NCBI GenBank assembly: GCA_944351415.1
Contig: CALVPQ010000002.1
Coordinates: 801 to 64,800, forward strand
Length of the DNA stretch: 64,000 bases
Reading direction: 5' to 3'
DNA from: an uncultured Clostridia bacterium
Lineage (GTDB): Bacteria > Bacillota > Clostridia > Christensenellales > UBA1242
In this document: piece by piece, positions 58,960-64,000 of the stretch
Numbering within the stretch: position 1 is the first letter of the stretch
Layout: each line of letters opens with the position of its first letter
Translations under genes and position numbers: made by a program
The notes under the pieces: generated by a model
What the model was told of the DNA's origin: nothing
The model's database searches: none
The model's input: the letters and a program-made list of their open reading frames with translations, nothing else

Positions 58960-59270
58960 AACTACCCTCCTTTTCAATCTATCAATCATTCATAGTTTAC
59001 TTAATTTTATTTACTTATAAATGCACGATAAAAAGTTTAAACTATTAATTAATTCTGAGTAAATTAAACTAAAACATATAGATTTCAGTTTAATCCCTAG
59101 CATAATCTTCAGCAATATAAACTATGCTCTAGAGAAATTTATTTTGCAAAAAAACTTTAGTATATTATGCCGAATAAACGTGCATTAAACAATCCTTGCA
59201 TAATAAGTTATTAAAAATTTCGTTTAAAATAAATATTCTATCTTTTGTTAATAAGATTATTTTTCACATA

Positions 59271-60545
59271 TTATTTATTTTTAGACTTAATAAAATCTAA
59301 AACTTTTGTCATAATTGCATTATTTTCAAAATATGCATAGTCATCTGGAGACATAGCCTTCTTAAAATCTTCAACAGTCATTTGATACCTTTCAGCATAA
59401 TCTCCTATACTTTTATCTAATTCTTCACTCGTTACTGTTATATTGTTTTCAGAAATAAGTTTTTGAAGAACTAAACGAGTTTTTATATTCTTCTCGGCAT
59501 CATTTTTTCTTTCTTCCTTAAATGTTTCTAAATCTTTGCCTACATATTCTAAGTAATTATTTATATCCATTCCTTGATGAGAAAGTCTATGTTTAAAGTC
59601 CTCAATTATATGTTCTACTTCATGTTCAACCATTGATGATGGAACATCTATATTACTCTTTTCAGCTATTTCGTCGAGTAAAGCAACTTCATAATCTCTT
59701 TCAGCATGTTCTTCCGCTATTTTTTCAAGGTTTTCTTTAATTGAGTTTTTATATTCTTTTAATGATTCAAATTCAGTTGTATCTGATACAAATTTATCAT
59801 CAATTTCTGGCAATTCTTTCTTTTCAACTTTATTTAAAGTTACTTTAAATAAAGCTGGTTTTCCTTTTAAATTTTCAGCATGATAATTTTCAGGGAAAGT
59901 TACTTTAACATCTTTTTCTTCTCCCTTTTTCATGCCAACAATTTGGTCTTCAAATCCTTCAATAAAAGTATGAGAACCTAGTTCTAATCTATAATTTTGA
60001 GCTTCTCCACCTTCAAACTTCACGTCATCTATATATCCAGTAAAGTCAATTGTTACATAATCCCCATTTTCTGCAATTTTATCTTCTTCAACAAATCTTG
60101 CGTGTGTCTCTCTTTCGCTTTGAAGTTCAGCTTCAACTTGTTCATCAGTAACTTCAACTTTTTTCTTCTTTGCTTTTAAACCACTTAATTCAGGTAATTT
60201 AAAATCAGGTAACAAATCAAATTTTAAAACAACTTCAAGCCCTTTATCTGCAGTGAAAGTATTTTCTTCAACACTTGGCTGAGATACTGGTATTATGTTT
60301 GTATTCTCACTTAAAAATTTTGAATATTCACTTGATATTGCATGGTCAAAAGCATCGTCAAAAAATATAGTATCTCCATAATTTTGTTCAATAACCTTTC
60401 TTGGTGCTTTACCTTTCCTAAATCCTTGAATATTGAACTTACCTTTATTCTCTTCATAAGCATTTTCAACTGCTTTTTCCCAGTCTTCTTTTGAAATATT
60501 AATTTTTAAAACACCTTGTTTATCTTTTTTCTCAAACTTATACAT
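59271..60545 (-). CDS. tig: trigger factor
   Basis: GFRKGKAPRKVIE ribosome-binding motif and a central FKBP domain. 424 aa. Confidence 0.96.
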   Translation of the reverse strand: MYKFEKKDKQGVLKINISKEDWEKAVENAYEENKGKFNIQGFRKGKAPRKVIEQNYGDTIFFDDAFDHAISSEYSKFLSENTNIIPVSQPSVEENTFTADKGLEVVLKFDLLPDFKLPELSGLKAKKKKVEVTDEQVEAELQSERETHARFVEEDKIAENGDYVTIDFTGYIDDVKFEGGEAQNYRLELGSHTFIEGFEDQIVGMKKGEEKDVKVTFPENYHAENLKGKPALFKVTLNKVEKKELPEIDDKFVSDTTEFESLKEYKNSIKENLEKIAEEHAERDYEVALLDEIAEKSNIDVPSSMVEHEVEHIIEDFKHRLSHQGMDINNYLEYVGKDLETFKEERKNDAEKNIKTRLVLQKLISENNITVTSEELDKSIGDYAERYQMTVEDFKKAMSPDDYAYFENNAIMTKVLDFIKSKNK

Positions 60546-60667
60546 AATTGCTCCTTTGTTTATATAAATTTTATCTACGCGCTTCTAATAATAACACATT
60601 AAATGAATTTTAGCAAACAAAAATTAGTTTTTACAAAAATAAGCACTATTAGGTTATAATCAATATA

Positions 60668-61039
60668 TTATATCGACACCATACCTGTAATGCACACAGC
60701 TATAATAGATACTGCTACTAAAATTTTGGCTATATCTATTATTTTATCCCTAATAAGAGTCTTTTTAAATTCCTTTTTAAGTTCTTCAATATTGTTGTTA
60801 ACCTCATTTGTAGTCATTTTTGTTGAATTGATAATATTAATACAATAAAGTTTGAAGTCTTCATCAAATGATTTGTAATAATCATTTATATATTGAATGA
60901 TGAATATAACAATCCAATACAAACTTAAAACAATAAGAAAACTTAATGCAAAATAAATCAAGCCATTCCATAATGATTGTAATGACGCAAATAATACTAT
61001 TAATATAAGTAAAAATAAAGTAACTAAAAAATTTCTCAT
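60668..61039 (-). CDS. hypothetical 3-TM membrane protein
   Basis: 123 aa with two N-terminal TMs and a C-terminal TM around a charged helical segment. Confidence 0.5.
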   Translation of the reverse strand: MRNFLVTLFLLILIVLFASLQSLWNGLIYFALSFLIVLSLYWIVIFIIQYINDYYKSFDEDFKLYCINIINSTKMTTNEVNNNIEELKKEFKKTLIRDKIIDIAKILVAVSIIAVCITGMVSI

Positions 61040-61048
61040 AAGTTTTTA

Positions 61049-61396
61049 TTAAATTGTAAGAATAAATAACACAACAATAGTAACAACAAATACTACATAA
61101 CAAACAATACAAGGAATATTTCTATGATTTTTTACCCAAGAAAAAGCTAAAATTATACATATAAGATAGGCAATAACTTCACCGATTGACCTAAATGCTG
61201 AGGATAAAGTTACATCACGCTCAAGAATCAACGTTAACAATAACGAAATTGCAATACAGCCTATTCCTATAAAAGCGACAAGAGACAATATGGCATTGAA
61301 ATTTAATTTATTTCTCTTATAGTCTATTTTCTTTAAATTATTGTTTAAATTAGACTCACCTTCTCTCTCTTCTGAAAATCTTTTATTCTCCTTCAT
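61049..61396 (-). CDS. hypothetical membrane protein
   Basis: Likely start is MKENKRF at 61396, just after the gap stop. Charged N-terminus followed by three TMs. The maximal ORF extends to 61432. Confidence 0.5.
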   Translation of the reverse strand: MKENKRFSEEREGESNLNNNLKKIDYKRNKLNFNAILSLVAFIGIGCIAISLLLTLILERDVTLSSAFRSIGEVIAYLICIILAFSWVKNHRNIPCIVCYVVFVVTIVVLFILTI

Positions 61397-61409
61397 ATAC
61401 CACTTCGCT

Positions 61410-63288
<1,879 letters not shown>

Positions 63289-63289
63289 C

Positions 63290-63712
63290 TCAATATTTTT
63301 TTATTCTTCTTGCATGTCTTCCACCCTCAAAATCAGTTGTTAAAAATACTTTAACTATTTTTATCGCCTTCTTTGGTGATGTGTATCTTCCTGAAAGACA
63401 TAATACATTTGCATCATTATGGCGTCTAGCAAGAGCGGCAAAATTCTCATTCATACATAATGCTGCTCTGATTTTAGGATTTCTATTAGCAACAATACTC
63501 ATTCCAATTCCTGTGCCACAAATATAAATTCCAACATTTTTAGGGTCTTCTGTTACTTTAACATTTGCAGCCTTTGCAAAATCAGGATAGTCGTCTGGTT
63601 GCTCTCTTGAATAGCAACCAACATCAATTACAATAATATTTTCTTTATTAAAAAATTTTTTTATTTCTTCCTTAAGTAAAAAACCAGCATGGTCACTTGC
63701 TAATATAATCAT
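63290..63712 (-). CDS. rpiB: ribose-5-phosphate isomerase B
   Basis: ASDHAGF N-terminus, ICGTGIGMSIVANR, and GGRHARR. Confidence 0.95.
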   Translation of the reverse strand: MIILASDHAGFLLKEEIKKFFNKENIIVIDVGCYSREQPDDYPDFAKAANVKVTEDPKNVGIYICGTGIGMSIVANRNPKIRAALCMNENFAALARRHNDANVLCLSGRYTSPKKAIKIVKVFLTTDFEGGRHARRIKKY

Positions 63713-63716
63713 TTTA

Positions 63717-64000
63717 TCATCTCCACATTTCTAATTTTTCAATCAAAATATTAACACCACTTAAAATATCCTTTGCAGTTTCCAAATATACATTTTCGTC
63801 TTGTCCATAAGGGTCTTGTATATCTTTTCCAATTAAGGATTTAAAAGATATAACCTTATCAGAATTTACAAACTTCTTTTGTTGTTCAGTCATAGTTATA
63901 TACAAAGTATTTTTATCAATTTTACCAAGTTTGACCGACTTTCTATTAGCACTTGAAGCATGAAATTTTTTTAAAACACTTTTTGCATTAGGAGTTATAT
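63717..64000 (-). CDS. low-molecular-weight phosphatase family protein (YwlE-like). Partial: the N-terminus lies beyond the window.
   Basis: The reading frame stays open to the window edge (...ITPNAKSVLKKFHASSANRKSVKLGKIDKNTLYITMTEQQ...DIQDPYG). The TM..H and DPYG motifs are typical of LMW-PTPs. ywlE-rpiB adjacency as in Bacillus. Confidence 0.7.
   Translation of the reverse strand, partial: ITPNAKSVLKKFHASSANRKSVKLGKIDKNTLYITMTEQQKKFVNSDKVISFKSLIGKDIQDPYGQDENVYLETAKDILSGVNILIEKLEMWR

Noticed and set aside
58960-59270. CtsR operator (GGTCAAA direct repeat) or CIRCE element upstream of clpP.
   Set aside because: No GGTCAAA/TTTGACC heptads and no TTAGCACTC-N9-GAGTGCTAA are present in the spacer.

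Overview
This 64-kb window is a chromosomal core segment from a low-GC, endospore-forming Firmicute. It looks Clostridia-like: a complete spoIIIAA-AH operon, spoIVB, RuvC present, and code 11 with TGA used as a stop. About 75 protein genes are almost all recognisable housekeeping genes in classic Firmicute synteny blocks. On the + strand: secDF, rpsB-tsf, frr-uppS-cdsA-rseP, rimP-nusA-ylxR-ylxQ-infB-rbfA-nrnA-truB, efp, spoIIIA, asp23-nusB-xseAB, infC-rpmI-rplT, yebC, ruvCAB-queA-tgt and rny. On the - strand: serS, spoIVB-recN-argR, a Phe T-box driving pheST-cysteine desulfurase-thiI, clpXP-tig, and gap-rpiB-ywlE. There is one tRNA gene. No rRNA, CRISPR array, transposon or prophage was seen.

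The non-routine content, in rough order of interest:
1. A two-gene HipA-family kinase cassette (a HipT-like kinase followed by a HipS-like small protein, no HipB). It is inserted antisense exactly where pyrH normally sits between tsf and frr.
2. A 536-aa protein in the polC slot that looks like the PolC N-terminus plus OB fold plus 3'-5' exonuclease, without any polymerase or PHP part and without an ATG start.
3. A tRNA-Leu whose anticodon folds as AAG (A34), with its own consensus promoter.
4. A small accessory islet between a membrane-anchored PadR-like regulator and serS. It holds a leaderless YgjP/DUF45 peptidase under a perfect 43-bp palindrome, a structured locus with a 24-codon hydrophobic ORF, and a possible degenerate nucleotidyltransferase-fold protein.
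5. The core of that palindrome recurs twice, 33 bp apart, upstream of tgt.
6. An XerS-like single recombinase with leaderless promoter geometry.

All calls rest on motif reading by eye. No searches were run.
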